Shown here piece by piece: positions 17,615 through 30,487 of a stretch of 42,295 bases of DNA. The position numbers were made by a program, and so were the translations under genes. The notes beneath the pieces were generated by a model. The model searched no databases. It was not told where the DNA came from and saw nothing but the letters and a program-made list of their open reading frames with translations. The first letter of the stretch is position 1. Each line of letters opens with the position of its first letter. The DNA is from Candidatus Kappaea frigidicola (GTDB lineage: Bacteria; Omnitrophota; Gorgyraeia; JAGLLT01), in NCBI GenBank assembly GCA_030765555.1, contig JAVCCI010000027.1, positions 1-42,295 on the forward strand. The letters are read 5' to 3'.

Positions 17615-18692
17615 CCATTTAAATTTTGGAGGAATAAGTTCTTACAGTGTTTCTTTAGCCAGAAAACTTAAGGAAAAAGGGCACGATGTTTTCATTGCTT
17701 CTTCAGGAGGAGACATGGTAAAAGAGCTTGAAGGAGATAAAATAAAACATATAAGAGTAGCTCTTAATACAAAATCTGAACTTAATCCTAAAATTATTTT
17801 ATGTAGCATTAAGATTGCTCTTTTTTTGAAATCAAAAAAAATTGATATAATGCACGCTCAAACCAGGGTGGCGCAAGTAAGTTGTTGTTTAGCTTCTTTG
17901 TTTACGCAAATACCGTATATAACAACATGTCACGGTTTTTTTAAGCCAAAATTTACAAGGAAACTTTTCAAATTTTGGGGAGCTAAAGTTATCGCAATTA
18001 GTGAAGCCGTTAGAGCACACATGGTTACTGATTTAAAAGTTTCCAAAAGTAAAATAGTTATGATTCATAATGGCGTTGATATAGCTAATTTTAAAAGAAA
18101 TTACAATAATAGTGAAAAAGAGAGCATTAGAAAAGAATTTAAAGTTTCAAATGCTCCAGTTGTAGGCATTATAGCTCGCTTGTCTTCGGTGAAGGGTCAT
18201 ACGTATTTGATAGAGGCTGCTAAATTAATATTGAACAAAAAGAAGGATATACAATTTTTGATTATAGGTGATGGTCCAGAGGAAGAAAGACTAAAAAAAC
18301 TTGCAAAAACACTCAAGATAGAAAAAAACATTATTTTTCATAAATCAGTTTTAGATACTGCTCGACCCCTTGCAATTATGGATATATTTGTTATGCCTTC
18401 AATTTCTGAGGGATTGGGTCTGGCTATATTAGAAGCTATGGCTAGTGGGCTTGCGATTGTGGCAAGTAATGTTGGAGGTATATATAGTTTGATTTCAGAG
18501 GGCAACAATGGTTATCTAGTAACTCCAAAAAATCCAGAGGCTTTAGATGAAGCAATATTAAAAGTAATCATGAATAATAAGCTATCTGAAAGCATGGGTC
18601 AACTAAGTCAAAAAATATGTGAGAATAATTTTTCACTAAGTGTTTTTGCAGACCAGGTTGAGAATGTGTATGGTCAGGTGCTTGAAAGCTAA
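17592..18692 (+). CDS. Glycosyltransferase family 4
   Basis: TTCHG, EGLGLAILEAMASG, ASNVGG. Confidence 0.92.
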   Translation: MKVLIVTSHLNFGGISSYSVSLARKLKEKGHDVFIASSGGDMVKELEGDKIKHIRVALNTKSELNPKIILCSIKIALFLKSKKIDIMHAQTRVAQVSCCLASLFTQIPYITTCHGFFKPKFTRKLFKFWGAKVIAISEAVRAHMVTDLKVSKSKIVMIHNGVDIANFKRNYNNSEKESIRKEFKVSNAPVVGIIARLSSVKGHTYLIEAAKLILNKKKDIQFLIIGDGPEEERLKKLAKTLKIEKNIIFHKSVLDTARPLAIMDIFVMPSISEGLGLAILEAMASGLAIVASNVGGIYSLISEGNNGYLVTPKNPEALDEAILKVIMNNKLSESMGQLSQKICENNFSLSVFADQVENVYGQVLES

Positions 18693-18729
18693 AGTAACAA
18701 AATGCTGGCAGGTAGTCTCATTATAAAAT

Positions 18730-19773
18730 ATGAAGAAGATGAATAATTTTAAAAGAATATTAATAGTTGAAGTTAATTGGCTGGGGGATGTTTTATTTTC
18801 AACAGTAGCCATTAAAGCTATCAAGGAAAAACATCCGGATTGTTTTTTGGCATGTATGGTTGTCAAGCGTTGTGCTCAAGTATTAGAAAATAATCCTTCG
18901 GTAGATGAAGTAATAGTATTTGATGAAAAAAGTTCACATAAGTCTTCATTTTCTAAGATAAAATTTATGTTTTCTTTAAGAGAGAGAAAATTTGATGCAG
19001 TTTTTTTATTTCACCGGTCATTTACAAGAGCTCTAATTTGTTATCTGGCTGGTATAAAAAGGCGCATTGGTTATTATAGGAAGAAAACTGCTTTTTTACT
19101 GACTGATAAAATTGAAATGCCTGATAATGGTTTGCATCGAGCTGAATATTACATTAGCCTAATAGATAAGGTTGGCATAGAAGCTAAAGATAAAAATTAT
19201 GAGTTTTTTACTACTTCACAAGCTGAACAAGAAGTTGTTAAGTTATTAGCCAAGGATCATATTACAAAGGAAGATAATTATATCGTAATTAATCCGGGAG
19301 GAAACTGGGATCCTAAAAGGTGGCCTGCCGAAAATTATGCCCGGCTAGCTGATAAAATGATGCAGGAATTAAAGTATAAGATAGTTATTTCTGGAGCTAA
19401 AAAGGATATTGTTTTATCTCAAGAAATCAGTTCAGAAATTAAAAATGAAGTGGTAGTTTTAGCCGGAAAAACAGACCTAAATGAATTAGGGGCTCTTTTG
19501 AAGAGGGCAAGTGTTGTGATTTCAGCTGATTCAGGCCCTATGCATTTGGCATCTGCACTAGGAACACCGGTTGTAGCTATTTTCGGTCCAACTAGTCCCC
19601 AAGTTACAGGTCCTTATAATAAAAAGGCGCAGCATATTATTCTTCGAAAAGACGTCGGGTGTTTAGTTCCTTGTTATGAAGTTGATTGTCCGGATAATAA
19701 ATGTATGAAAGCTGTGACTGTAGATGAGGTTTTTGATGCAGTTAAAAAAACATTAAATTATGATAAAAAATAA
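18730..19773 (+). CDS. waaF: LPS heptosyltransferase, GT9 (WaaF-like)
   Basis: NWLGD, INPGGNWDPKRWP, DSGPMHLA, FGPT; specific orthologue assignment uncertain. Confidence 0.8.
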   Translation: MKKMNNFKRILIVEVNWLGDVLFSTVAIKAIKEKHPDCFLACMVVKRCAQVLENNPSVDEVIVFDEKSSHKSSFSKIKFMFSLRERKFDAVFLFHRSFTRALICYLAGIKRRIGYYRKKTAFLLTDKIEMPDNGLHRAEYYISLIDKVGIEAKDKNYEFFTTSQAEQEVVKLLAKDHITKEDNYIVINPGGNWDPKRWPAENYARLADKMMQELKYKIVISGAKKDIVLSQEISSEIKNEVVVLAGKTDLNELGALLKRASVVISADSGPMHLASALGTPVVAIFGPTSPQVTGPYNKKAQHIILRKDVGCLVPCYEVDCPDNKCMKAVTVDEVFDAVKKTLNYDKK

Positions 19774-20737
19774 AGATAAAATTAATTCTGCGCTTTTAAT
19801 TTCTCTAAGTAATATTGGGGATGCTATTTTGACGACTCCTGTTTTAGGAATTATGCTAAAGCAATTACCAATGGCCAAAATTGATGTTTTGGCTTCTCCC
19901 AGAACTGTTGAGTTGTTTAATAATAATACTCATCTGAGAGAAGTAATCGTTTATAATAAGCATGATTCAATAAGAGGAAAGATAGCATTTATTAAAAAAC
20001 TAAGACTTAAGCATTATGATTTAGTGATTGATTTAAAGAATAGTGCTTTTCCATTCCTGATAGGAGCTTATTACAGAACGCCACTTTTTTTTAAAACTAA
20101 AGAAAATATTTCTATGAAGGAAAAACATCTTCAAAAAATTAAAACTTTGGGTTTTGAAACTCAAGGAGCTGATTTTTTAATAAAAATAGATAAGGAAAGC
20201 GAAATATTTGTTGAAAAAGTATTTTCTGAGGCAAAAGCTAAAAAGAGAATAGTGGCAATTTCAGTTGGTGCTCGTAGTCATATAAAAAGATGGCCCCTAA
20301 ATAACTTTATTGAAGTTTGCAAAAAATTACAGGATAAATATGAAGCCTGCATAGTTTTTTTAGGGGATGACGCTGATGTGAGCTTGGTTGAAGAAGTAAC
20401 TGCTGAAATAGGCGATAGTTATCTTAATCTAGCTGGGAAAACTAATCTTATTCAATTAGCTGCTATTTTAAAACATTGTAATATCTTAATCTGTAATGAT
20501 AGCGCTATAATGCACATGGCGAGCGCTGTAAATAAACCAGTAATAGCTCTTTTTGGTCCCACTGATAGTAAGAAATACGGCCCTGAAAGTGAAAATAGTA
20601 TCGTAATTTATAAAAAGATTAAATGCTCTCCTTGTCAGAAAGCTCAATGTATTTTTAATCATGAATGTTTAAAACTAATTACACCGCAAGAAGTTTTAAG
20701 TAAAATAGAAATATTAATTGATAAATTGAATATTTAG
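19760..20737 (+). CDS. Glycosyltransferase family 9
   Basis: SNIGDAILTTP, KRWP, NDSAIMH, FGPT, CSPC. Confidence 0.92.
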   Translation: MIKNKDKINSALLISLSNIGDAILTTPVLGIMLKQLPMAKIDVLASPRTVELFNNNTHLREVIVYNKHDSIRGKIAFIKKLRLKHYDLVIDLKNSAFPFLIGAYYRTPLFFKTKENISMKEKHLQKIKTLGFETQGADFLIKIDKESEIFVEKVFSEAKAKKRIVAISVGARSHIKRWPLNNFIEVCKKLQDKYEACIVFLGDDADVSLVEEVTAEIGDSYLNLAGKTNLIQLAAILKHCNILICNDSAIMHMASAVNKPVIALFGPTDSKKYGPESENSIVIYKKIKCSPCQKAQCIFNHECLKLITPQEVLSKIEILIDKLNI

Positions 20738-20755
20738 AATAGCAAGGAGAATAAT

Positions 20756-20836
20756 ATGCCTCTCTGGTTTATATTATTAGGTTTAACTATAATATTTTGC
20801 AGAACAAGCAAGAGACAAAACAGGATTAAGGATTAA
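20756..20836 (+). CDS. Possible 26-aa hydrophobic peptide or truncated membrane-protein gene
   Basis: AAGGAG SD then MPLWFILLGLTIIFCRTSKRQNRIKD*; stop supplied by the GGATTAA repeat. Confidence 0.35.
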   Translation: MPLWFILLGLTIIFCRTSKRQNRIKD

Positions 20837-21126
20837 GAATTAAGGATTAAGTTAGAAGCAAGAAATAGCAAAGAGCTAATAGCAAATAGCGTATAGCGTA
20901 TAAAAAACAATAACCAAGACACAAGAGACAAGAAACAAATAATAACCAATGACCAAATTCAAATAACCAAACAAAAAGCAAAAGCAAAAAAAAGAACAAA
21001 AAACAAAAAGATAAGAGTTGCGGTTTGATTATTGGATATTGGAACTTAAATATTGTTTGTAACTTGTAACTTGTATCTTGTATCTTGTTTCTTAATTTTT
21101 AGAGTGAGCGAACGCGAATGTCTTGA
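20812..21126 (+). repeat. Heptamer-arm intergenic element, copy D
   Basis: GGATTAA, GCTAATA, ACAAGAN and AACCAAT units on the left; TTGGATA and CTTGTAW units on the right; ends AGAGTGAGCGAACGCGAATGTCTTGA. Confidence 0.88.
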
Positions 21127-21132
21127 GATTAT

Positions 21133-22176
21133 ATGGAAAAATATAAAAAAATATTAATTGTAAGGACAGATAGAATTGGAGATGTGGTTTTATCCACTCC
21201 TGTCATAGAATCTATAAGAGCGGCATATCCACAGGCTTGGTTGGCTTTTATGATTAGGCCTTACGCTGCTGATATCCTTGCAGATAACCCTTGTTTGAAT
21301 GAAGTTATTATATACGATAAGCACCATAAGCATAAAAGTTGGTATGCCAGTTTCAAATTTGCCCAAGAACTAAAGTGTATGCATTTCGATGTGGCTATTA
21401 TTCTTCATCCGAGCAATAGAGTTCATATAATAACCTATCTTGCTGGAATTCCTCAAAGAATTGGGTATGACAAAAATTTTGGTTTTCTTCTGACGGAAAA
21501 AATAAAAGATGAAAAATTTAGAGGTTTAAAGCATGAAGTTGAATACAATTTTGATTTATTAAAAATTTTAGGTATTAATAGTGAATCTAAAAAAACACAT
21601 ATAGAAGTATCAAAACGAGATACTGATGTGGTTAAGAATCTTCTTTTGAATAAAGGCATTGAAGAAAATGATAAGTTTATTGTAATGCATCCGGCGGCCA
21701 GCTGTTCTTCGAAGATATGGCTAAAGGAAAATTTTATAAAGGTAGCCAAACAATTGTTAAAGGATATAAAAACCAAAATAGTGCTTATCTGTTCGGATGA
21801 GCACCTAAACATTTGTCAGGAAATTTACAAAGAACTTCCTTCCCAAGCGGTGATTATTATTAATGATTTGGAACTTAAGCAACTTGCTGCTTTATTTAAA
21901 AAAGCGGAATTGCTGATCTCAAACGACTCAGGTCCAGTGCATATAGCCGTTGCTGTTGGTTGTCCTGTGGTTGATATTTTTGGCAGAAGCCAGCCAGGTT
22001 TAAGCCCTAAACGCTGGGGGCCCCTTGATGAGAAGAGTATTGTTTTGCATAAACCAGAAAATTGTCACCCCTGTTTAGCTCATAATTGTAAGCGCAATTA
22101 TAAATGTCTTAAAAATATAGAAGTAAAGGACGTAGTAAATGCGGCAGAAAAATTATTCAAAAATATTAGTAATTAA
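21133..22176 (+). CDS. Glycosyltransferase family 9
   Basis: RTDRIGDVVLSTP, NDSGPVH, CHPC. Confidence 0.92.
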   Translation: MEKYKKILIVRTDRIGDVVLSTPVIESIRAAYPQAWLAFMIRPYAADILADNPCLNEVIIYDKHHKHKSWYASFKFAQELKCMHFDVAIILHPSNRVHIITYLAGIPQRIGYDKNFGFLLTEKIKDEKFRGLKHEVEYNFDLLKILGINSESKKTHIEVSKRDTDVVKNLLLNKGIEENDKFIVMHPAASCSSKIWLKENFIKVAKQLLKDIKTKIVLICSDEHLNICQEIYKELPSQAVIIINDLELKQLAALFKKAELLISNDSGPVHIAVAVGCPVVDIFGRSQPGLSPKRWGPLDEKSIVLHKPENCHPCLAHNCKRNYKCLKNIEVKDVVNAAEKLFKNISN

Positions 22177-23230
22177 TCCTTATGGAATAGGAGATGTTCT
22201 TTTTACAACTCCGCTAATAAGTAATCTTAGAGAATTTTATCCAAAGAGCAAAATAGATGTTGTTTTAGGTTCTAGAACGAAGCAAATCTTAGAATTCAAT
22301 TCAGATATTAGTAAGATTCATGTATTTGATAAGGGGTTTTTTGATAAACTAAGTTTTTTAAGGCGTTGGCAATACTTAATGGAGTTTTGTCGATGTATTA
22401 GAGAAGAAAAGTATGAATTGCTTATTGATTTATCTAATTCTTCTCAGTATGGATTTATTGAAAAGTTTTTCTTAAGGATTCCGGAAAGAATTGGTTTTAA
22501 TTATAAGGGTAGGGGTAGACATTTAACTCACCATATAGATCTAACTAGTTTTAGTAGTAAGCATGTTGTTGATTATTATCTTTCTTTGTTAACATTACTT
22601 AATATGGTTCCTGCGAACAAGCCTTTAAGGTTTCCTTTGAGGCAAAATAGCATTGATAAGGTTGGAAAATATTTAATAAGTAAGGGAATTGAAGAGGAAA
22701 ATTTGCTGATAACTTTGGTGCCGGCAGGAGGATTAAGTTGGTCAGATAAGGCGTCCTATAAACAATGGCCTCAAGAAAAGTATGCGCAATTGGCAGATGA
22801 GCTTATATTAAAGCTGAACGCGAAAGTTATAATTACTGGAGGGGAATGTGACCGGGATATTTGCCGAAATGTAATGAATTTAATGAAGTCTAAGGATGTT
22901 GAAGTGATATGTAATTTTAGTATTCTGGAATTTGCTGCTCTATGTAATCTTTCTAATCTGGTAATCTGTAATGATGGAGGTCCTTTGCATGTGGCTGTAA
23001 GTCAAAAAACGCCTACAATTTCATTTTTTGGACCTGTAGATGAAAAAGTTTATGGGCCATATCCGCCCCAAGAAATTCATGCAGTAATTACCAGTGAGAT
23101 TGAATGTCGGCCATGTTATAAGAGCTTTAAATTTACTGAGTGTGGCACAAAAAATTGCCTGAATTCAATAGAAGTTGATAAGGCTTTTTGCAAGGCAAGA
23201 CAAATGCTTCAAATAACATATAATATATAG
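22139..23230 (+). CDS. Glycosyltransferase family 9
   Basis: GIGDVLFTTP, KQWP, NDGGPLH, FGPV, CRPC. Confidence 0.92.
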   Translation: MRQKNYSKILVINPYGIGDVLFTTPLISNLREFYPKSKIDVVLGSRTKQILEFNSDISKIHVFDKGFFDKLSFLRRWQYLMEFCRCIREEKYELLIDLSNSSQYGFIEKFFLRIPERIGFNYKGRGRHLTHHIDLTSFSSKHVVDYYLSLLTLLNMVPANKPLRFPLRQNSIDKVGKYLISKGIEEENLLITLVPAGGLSWSDKASYKQWPQEKYAQLADELILKLNAKVIITGGECDRDICRNVMNLMKSKDVEVICNFSILEFAALCNLSNLVICNDGGPLHVAVSQKTPTISFFGPVDEKVYGPYPPQEIHAVITSEIECRPCYKSFKFTECGTKNCLNSIEVDKAFCKARQMLQITYNI

Positions 23231-23243
23231 GCTTTATATACAT

Positions 23244-23272
23244 TTGACACCTTTTTTAGCATGTGATAGAAT
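23244..23272 (+). promoter_or_regulatory. Sigma70 promoter for the rfaE1-kdsB-pyrG-kdsA operon
   Basis: TTGACA, 17 bp, TAGAAT with TGn extension. Confidence 0.75.
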
Positions 23273-23279
23273 AAAGGAC

Positions 23280-24271
23280 ATGAATAAATTGCTTAAGATC
23301 CTACCCAAATTTAAAAAAATCAGGATTTTAGTTGTGGGTGATTTAATCCTGGATGAATTTATATGGGGCAGCGTGGAAAGGATTTCCCCGGAAGCTCCAG
23401 TTCCTGTAGTGCGCGTAAAATCCCAATCTTTTATGCCTGGAGGAGCTAGTAATGTTGCTAATAACATAAAGGCTTTAGGAGCAACTGTTTTTATGGTTGG
23501 AGTTGCCGGTGCAGATAGTTATGGTGATATTTTAAAACACCAACTTCAGGATAGAGGCATAAACACAGATGGCCTTATTACTGATGGTTGTCGTCAGACT
23601 ACCTTAAAAACAAGAGTAATTGCTCATAATCAACAGGTTGTGAGGATAGATAAAGAAGACAGTCATCATATAAATAGCCGTATTTTAAAAAAGATATCCA
23701 GTTATATTCTTAAAAAAATACCAAAAGTTGATGCTGTTATAATCGAGGATTATGGCAAAGGTGTCATTACTCCTCAGCTGTTAAGTTCTATTCTAAAAGA
23801 AGCTAAAAAGCAGAATAAGATAGTAACTATTGATCCCAAAGAGCAGCATCTATCATATTATAAGAAAGCTACTTGTATTACACCCAATAAGTATGAATTA
23901 GAGAAAGTAACGCATGTAAAAATTGAAGACGCAACGAGCCTTAAAAAAGCAGCTAATATAATATTGAAGAAACTCGAACTTGATTCTATATTGGTTACCC
24001 TAGGTGAGGATGGAATGTGTTTATTTGAAAAAGGGGGAAAAGCTACCAAGATACCGACTATGGCTCAAGAGGTTTATGATGTGTCAGGTGCTGGTGATAC
24101 TGTAATTTCTGCTTTTACCTTAGCTTTAGCTAGTAAAGCCAATATGAAGCAAGCAGCGTTAATGTCTAATTGTGCTGCCGGAGTTGTGGTTGGGAAAGTT
24201 GGAGTTGCTGTCTGCTTAGTAGATGAATTACGGAAGAAAATTATTGCACAGAATAAAAAAGAGGTGAAAAA

Positions 24272-24275
<4 letters not shown>
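23280..24275 (+). CDS. rfaE1: D-glycero-beta-D-manno-heptose-7-phosphate kinase (HldE kinase domain)
   Basis: VGDLILDE, RISPEAPVPV, DYGKG, DVSGAGDTV; ATG 23280 preferred over TTG 23244. Confidence 0.95.
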
Positions 24276-26606
<2,331 letters not shown>

Positions 26607-26611
26607 ATGTT

Positions 26612-27433
26612 ATGAGAGAAATTAAGATAGCTGATTATAAAATTGGAGCTAAAAATCCCCTGTTTATTATTGCAGGACCCTGTGTTATTGAAAATGAAAA
26701 AGACACCATTAGGATGGCTCATCAACTGAAAGAAATATCAATTACCAGCGGTGTTAATTTGATTTTTAAATCTAGTTATGATAAAGCTAATAGAAGTTCG
26801 CTATCTTCTTATCGTGGTCCCGGAATTAGGAAAGGCTTGGATATACTTAAAAAAGTCAAGAAAGAAACGGGGCTAGCTATAATTAGCGATGTTCATAGTG
26901 TTAATGAAATAAAACAAGCTGCTGCGGTTTTAGATGTAATTCAAATACCAGCTCTTTTATCTAGGCAGACAGATTTAATTATAGCTGCAGCCAAAACTAA
27001 AAAAATTATCAATATTAAAAAAGGACAATTTTTGTCCCCTTATGAAGTATTGAATATAATCGAAAAAATAACCAGTTGTAAAAATGAAAATATTATATTG
27101 ACTGAAAGAGGTTTCGTGTTTGGATATAATAATTTAGTTAGCGATATGCGTTCAATTGTGATAATGAGAAAGTATGGTTTTCCAGTGGTTTTCGATGCAT
27201 CGCATAGTGTTCAATTGCCGGGAGGGGCAGGTAATAAATCTTCTGGTGAGAAAGAATTTATTCCTTATTTAGCTAAAGCTGCCGCTGCTGTGGGAGTGGA
27301 CGGTATTTTTCTGGAAGTTCATAATCAGCCCAATAAGGCTAAGTGTGATGGTCCTAATATGTTAAAAATAAGTCAACTTAAAAATTTAATTATTCAGTTA
27401 AAAGAAATTTCCATTATTGTAGGAGATAGATAG
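26612..27433 (+). CDS. kdsA: KDO-8-phosphate synthase
   Basis: AGPCVIE, YDKANRSS, KKGQFL, FDASHSVQ, CDGPN. Confidence 0.97.
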   Translation: MREIKIADYKIGAKNPLFIIAGPCVIENEKDTIRMAHQLKEISITSGVNLIFKSSYDKANRSSLSSYRGPGIRKGLDILKKVKKETGLAIISDVHSVNEIKQAAAVLDVIQIPALLSRQTDLIIAAAKTKKIINIKKGQFLSPYEVLNIIEKITSCKNENIILTERGFVFGYNNLVSDMRSIVIMRKYGFPVVFDASHSVQLPGGAGNKSSGEKEFIPYLAKAAAAVGVDGIFLEVHNQPNKAKCDGPNMLKISQLKNLIIQLKEISIIVGDR

Positions 27434-27435
27434 GG

Positions 27436-28395
27436 ATGCCTAGTAAGAGAGCTCAGGATGTTCTAAAAATAGAGGCAAAGGCAATAAGTGATCTTGTGCC
27501 TCGCATTGGAAAAAATTTTCAAGAAGCTATCACAATTTTATTTAAAACTAAAGGACTTATTATAGTTACTGGTATGGGCAAGCCTGGATTTATTGCTCAA
27601 AAGATTTCTGCTACTTTAGCTTCTCTGGGAATTTCCAGTATTTTCTTACATCCAGCAGAAGCCATACATGGAGATTTAGGAAGAGTTGCCAAAGAGGATG
27701 TCATCATTGCCTTGTCTAACAGTGGCCAAACAGAAGAAATAATAAGATTATTAGCTACTATAAAAAAAATTGGGGCAAAACTGATTGCCCTCACCGGTAA
27801 TATTAAATCAGATTTAGCTAAAAATAGCGATGTAGTTTTAGATGTAAGTGTTAAAAAAGAAGCCTGTTCTTTAGGTTTGGCTCCGACATCTTCTACAACA
27901 GCTATGCTCGCTATGGGAGATGCTCTGGCTATGGTTTTAGCTGATAAAAAAGGTCTTAAGGAAGAAGACTTTGCTCTTTATCATCCTGGTGGAACCCTGG
28001 GAAAGAGATTGCTTCTGAAGGTTGAAGATATTATGAGAAAAGGGGCTGGTAATCCTATTGTAGATGAGGAAATGCTGATTAAAAGTGTTCTTTTGAAGAT
28101 TACCAAAGCTAAAGCTGGAAGCGCAACAGTGATTAATAAAAAAGGTAAACTAATTGGTATATTTACTGATGGTGACCTAAGGAGACACTTGGAAGCAGAT
28201 ATGGATCTCAGGGTAAAAAAAGTTAAGGATGTAATGACGAAAAATCCAGTGTCTATTGAAAGAGGAAAATTAGCTTACGAGGCTCTTAAGATATTGCAAC
28301 AAAAACGAATCGACGAAATCCCAGTTGTTGATAAAAATAATAAGCCTGTAGGCCTGGTAGATGTTCAGGATTTACTTAAGGCTGGATTGGTTTAA
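27436..28395 (+). CDS. kdsD: Arabinose-5-phosphate isomerase, KpsF/GutQ family (SIS plus CBS)
   Basis: TGMGK, HPAEAIHGDLG, APTSST, HPGGTLG, TDGDLRR. Confidence 0.95.
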   Translation: MPSKRAQDVLKIEAKAISDLVPRIGKNFQEAITILFKTKGLIIVTGMGKPGFIAQKISATLASLGISSIFLHPAEAIHGDLGRVAKEDVIIALSNSGQTEEIIRLLATIKKIGAKLIALTGNIKSDLAKNSDVVLDVSVKKEACSLGLAPTSSTTAMLAMGDALAMVLADKKGLKEEDFALYHPGGTLGKRLLLKVEDIMRKGAGNPIVDEEMLIKSVLLKITKAKAGSATVINKKGKLIGIFTDGDLRRHLEADMDLRVKKVKDVMTKNPVSIERGKLAYEALKILQQKRIDEIPVVDKNNKPVGLVDVQDLLKAGLV

Positions 28396-28928
28396 TGCAA
28401 TTAGATAGTAATCTTAAGGATAAAATACAGAAAATTAAACTTCTTATTTTAGATGTTGATGGTGTTTTGACTGATGGAAAAATTATTTATTCTTCCTTTG
28501 GTCATGATATTAAAGAGTTTGATGTAAAAGATGGTTTTGGGATCACCCTCTTGTATAGGGCAGGCATTCGTTCGGTTATTCTTTCTGCACGTTCATCTAG
28601 AACAATCAGGAAAAGAGCTAAAGATATGCACATCGATGCAATTTATGAAAATGCATATATAAAATTAGATGCGTATAATAAAATACTACAAAAATATAAA
28701 TTGACTTGCGAACAAACAGCTTTTATTGGAGATGATTTGGTTGATTTGCCAGTTTTAACAAGAGTAGGTTTTTCAGCTTGTACTGCTTGTGCTGTTAGGC
28801 ATTTAAAAGAAAAAGTTGATTATGTAACTGAACACAGGGGAGGCTCTGGTGCAGTCAGAGAAGTAGCTGAAATGATATTAGATGTTCAGGGTTTATGGCA
28901 GAGTGTTACCAGTAGGTATTACAAATAA
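28395..28928 (+). CDS. kdsC: KDO-8-phosphate phosphatase (HAD)
   Basis: LDVDGVLTDG, FDVKDG, IGDDLVD, GGSGAVRE. Confidence 0.95.
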   Translation: MQLDSNLKDKIQKIKLLILDVDGVLTDGKIIYSSFGHDIKEFDVKDGFGITLLYRAGIRSVILSARSSRTIRKRAKDMHIDAIYENAYIKLDAYNKILQKYKLTCEQTAFIGDDLVDLPVLTRVGFSACTACAVRHLKEKVDYVTEHRGGSGAVREVAEMILDVQGLWQSVTSRYYK

Positions 28929-29777
28929 ATGAAAAAATTTAAGTTTGGATTTATATTTATATGTTTAATGATATTGCTTGCAGGCTGCGCTCCTAAATCT
29001 AGCACTCAAGAGAGTGATAGTATGGATGATATTGGTTCTGAAGAAGGAGCACAACAAAAATTGCTTACTTTTTCTCTTTCTGGCACAGAAGAGGGTAAAA
29101 AGAAATGGGATCTTGAAGGAGAATCAGCAGACATCTTGAGCTCTGAACTAATTGAGCTTTCTAATATTAAAGGCAAAACATATAATAAAGATAACGTTAT
29201 TACGCTTACTGCAGATAGTGGAACGTTCGATAGGAATAGTAATGACGTTAAGTTAAAATCCAATGTAGTAGCTGTTACTGACGATGGAGCAAGGCTTACT
29301 ACAGATAAATTGAATTGGAATGCCCAGAAGGAAGAAGTTTGGACTGAAGATATTGTTAATGTTGACAGGGATAATGTAAAAGTGAAAGGTACCGGAATAA
29401 CTGGTCATCCAAGTTTAGAGCAAGTAAAGTTTGAGCAGGATGTGACAATTGATATTGCTCCCAGTACTATAATCACCTGTGACGGTGCTTTAGAAATAGA
29501 TTATAAAGAAAGCGTTGCTTATTTAAATGACAACGTAGAAGTTATTGATGAAAGAGGTAAGTTGAAAGCTGATAAAGCGTGCGTTTATTTTGATAAAGAG
29601 AGAAAAGAGATAAAAAAAGTTATAGCTGAAGGAAATGTAAGTATTCAAAGAGGCGAAAATATTACTTACAGTGAAAAGGCTATATACTACGCCAAAGAAG
29701 CAAAAGTTATTTTACAGGGAAGGCCTAAATTTATAATTTATTCTAGCATACAAGAGGATAATGATGGACTTAATTAA
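28929..29777 (+). CDS. lptC: LptC-LptA/OstA-like fused LPS transport protein with lipoprotein signal
   Basis: LAGC lipobox; LptC-like WDLEGESA...LTTDKLNW; LptA-like AEGNVSI...LQGRP; sole gene between kdsC and lptB. Confidence 0.8.
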   Translation: MKKFKFGFIFICLMILLAGCAPKSSTQESDSMDDIGSEEGAQQKLLTFSLSGTEEGKKKWDLEGESADILSSELIELSNIKGKTYNKDNVITLTADSGTFDRNSNDVKLKSNVVAVTDDGARLTTDKLNWNAQKEEVWTEDIVNVDRDNVKVKGTGITGHPSLEQVKFEQDVTIDIAPSTIITCDGALEIDYKESVAYLNDNVEVIDERGKLKADKACVYFDKERKEIKKVIAEGNVSIQRGENITYSEKAIYYAKEAKVILQGRPKFIIYSSIQEDNDGLN

Positions 29778-30486
29778 AACTGAAAAGTTGATTAAATCTT
29801 ACTCTGGCCGCAAGGTTGTTAATCAGGTCAGTATTGAGATAAGAAGAGGTGAAATAGTTGGTCTCTTGGGACCTAATGGTGCTGGCAAGACGACAACATT
29901 TTATATGTTAGTTGGTTTAATTAATCCTGAAGGCGGAGGCGTATATTTTGGTAATCGTAATATTACTCGACTTCCAATGTATAGAAGGGCTCGTTTTGGC
30001 ATAAGTTATTTATCTCAGGAAACGTCAACTTTTAGAAAGTTAACTGTTGCGGAAAATATTATGGCTATTTTGGAGACAATGCGAATACCCTATTCAGAAA
30101 GAAAACGAAGATTGCAAGCTTTGTTGGAGGATTTAAATATTGCACATTTAGCCAAGAGCAAGGCTTACACTCTTTCTGGAGGAGAAAGAAGGCGCCTCGA
30201 AATAACTAGAGCGTTAGTTTCTGATCCAGCATTTATTTTGTTGGATGAACCTTTTTCAGGGGTTGATCCTATTGCTGTTTTTGAGGTTCAGCAGATTATC
30301 ACTCATCTTCGGAATCGGGGCTTAGGAATTCTTCTTACAGATCATAGTGTTAGAGAAACGCTGGCGATTACTGATAGGTCTTATATTATGGCAGAAGGAA
30401 AAATTTTAATTTCTGGCACCAGCGAGGAATTAATTAATGATCCTAAAGCAAGGCAAATATACTTGGGCGAAAAATTTACTATGTGA
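29761..30486 (+). CDS. lptB: LPS export ABC transporter ATPase
   Basis: [36 protein letters not shown]. Confidence 0.97.
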   Translation: MMDLIKTEKLIKSYSGRKVVNQVSIEIRRGEIVGLLGPNGAGKTTTFYMLVGLINPEGGGVYFGNRNITRLPMYRRARFGISYLSQETSTFRKLTVAENIMAILETMRIPYSERKRRLQALLEDLNIAHLAKSKAYTLSGGERRRLEITRALVSDPAFILLDEPFSGVDPIAVFEVQQIITHLRNRGLGILLTDHSVRETLAITDRSYIMAEGKILISGTSEELINDPKARQIYLGEKFTM

Positions 30487-30487
30487 G

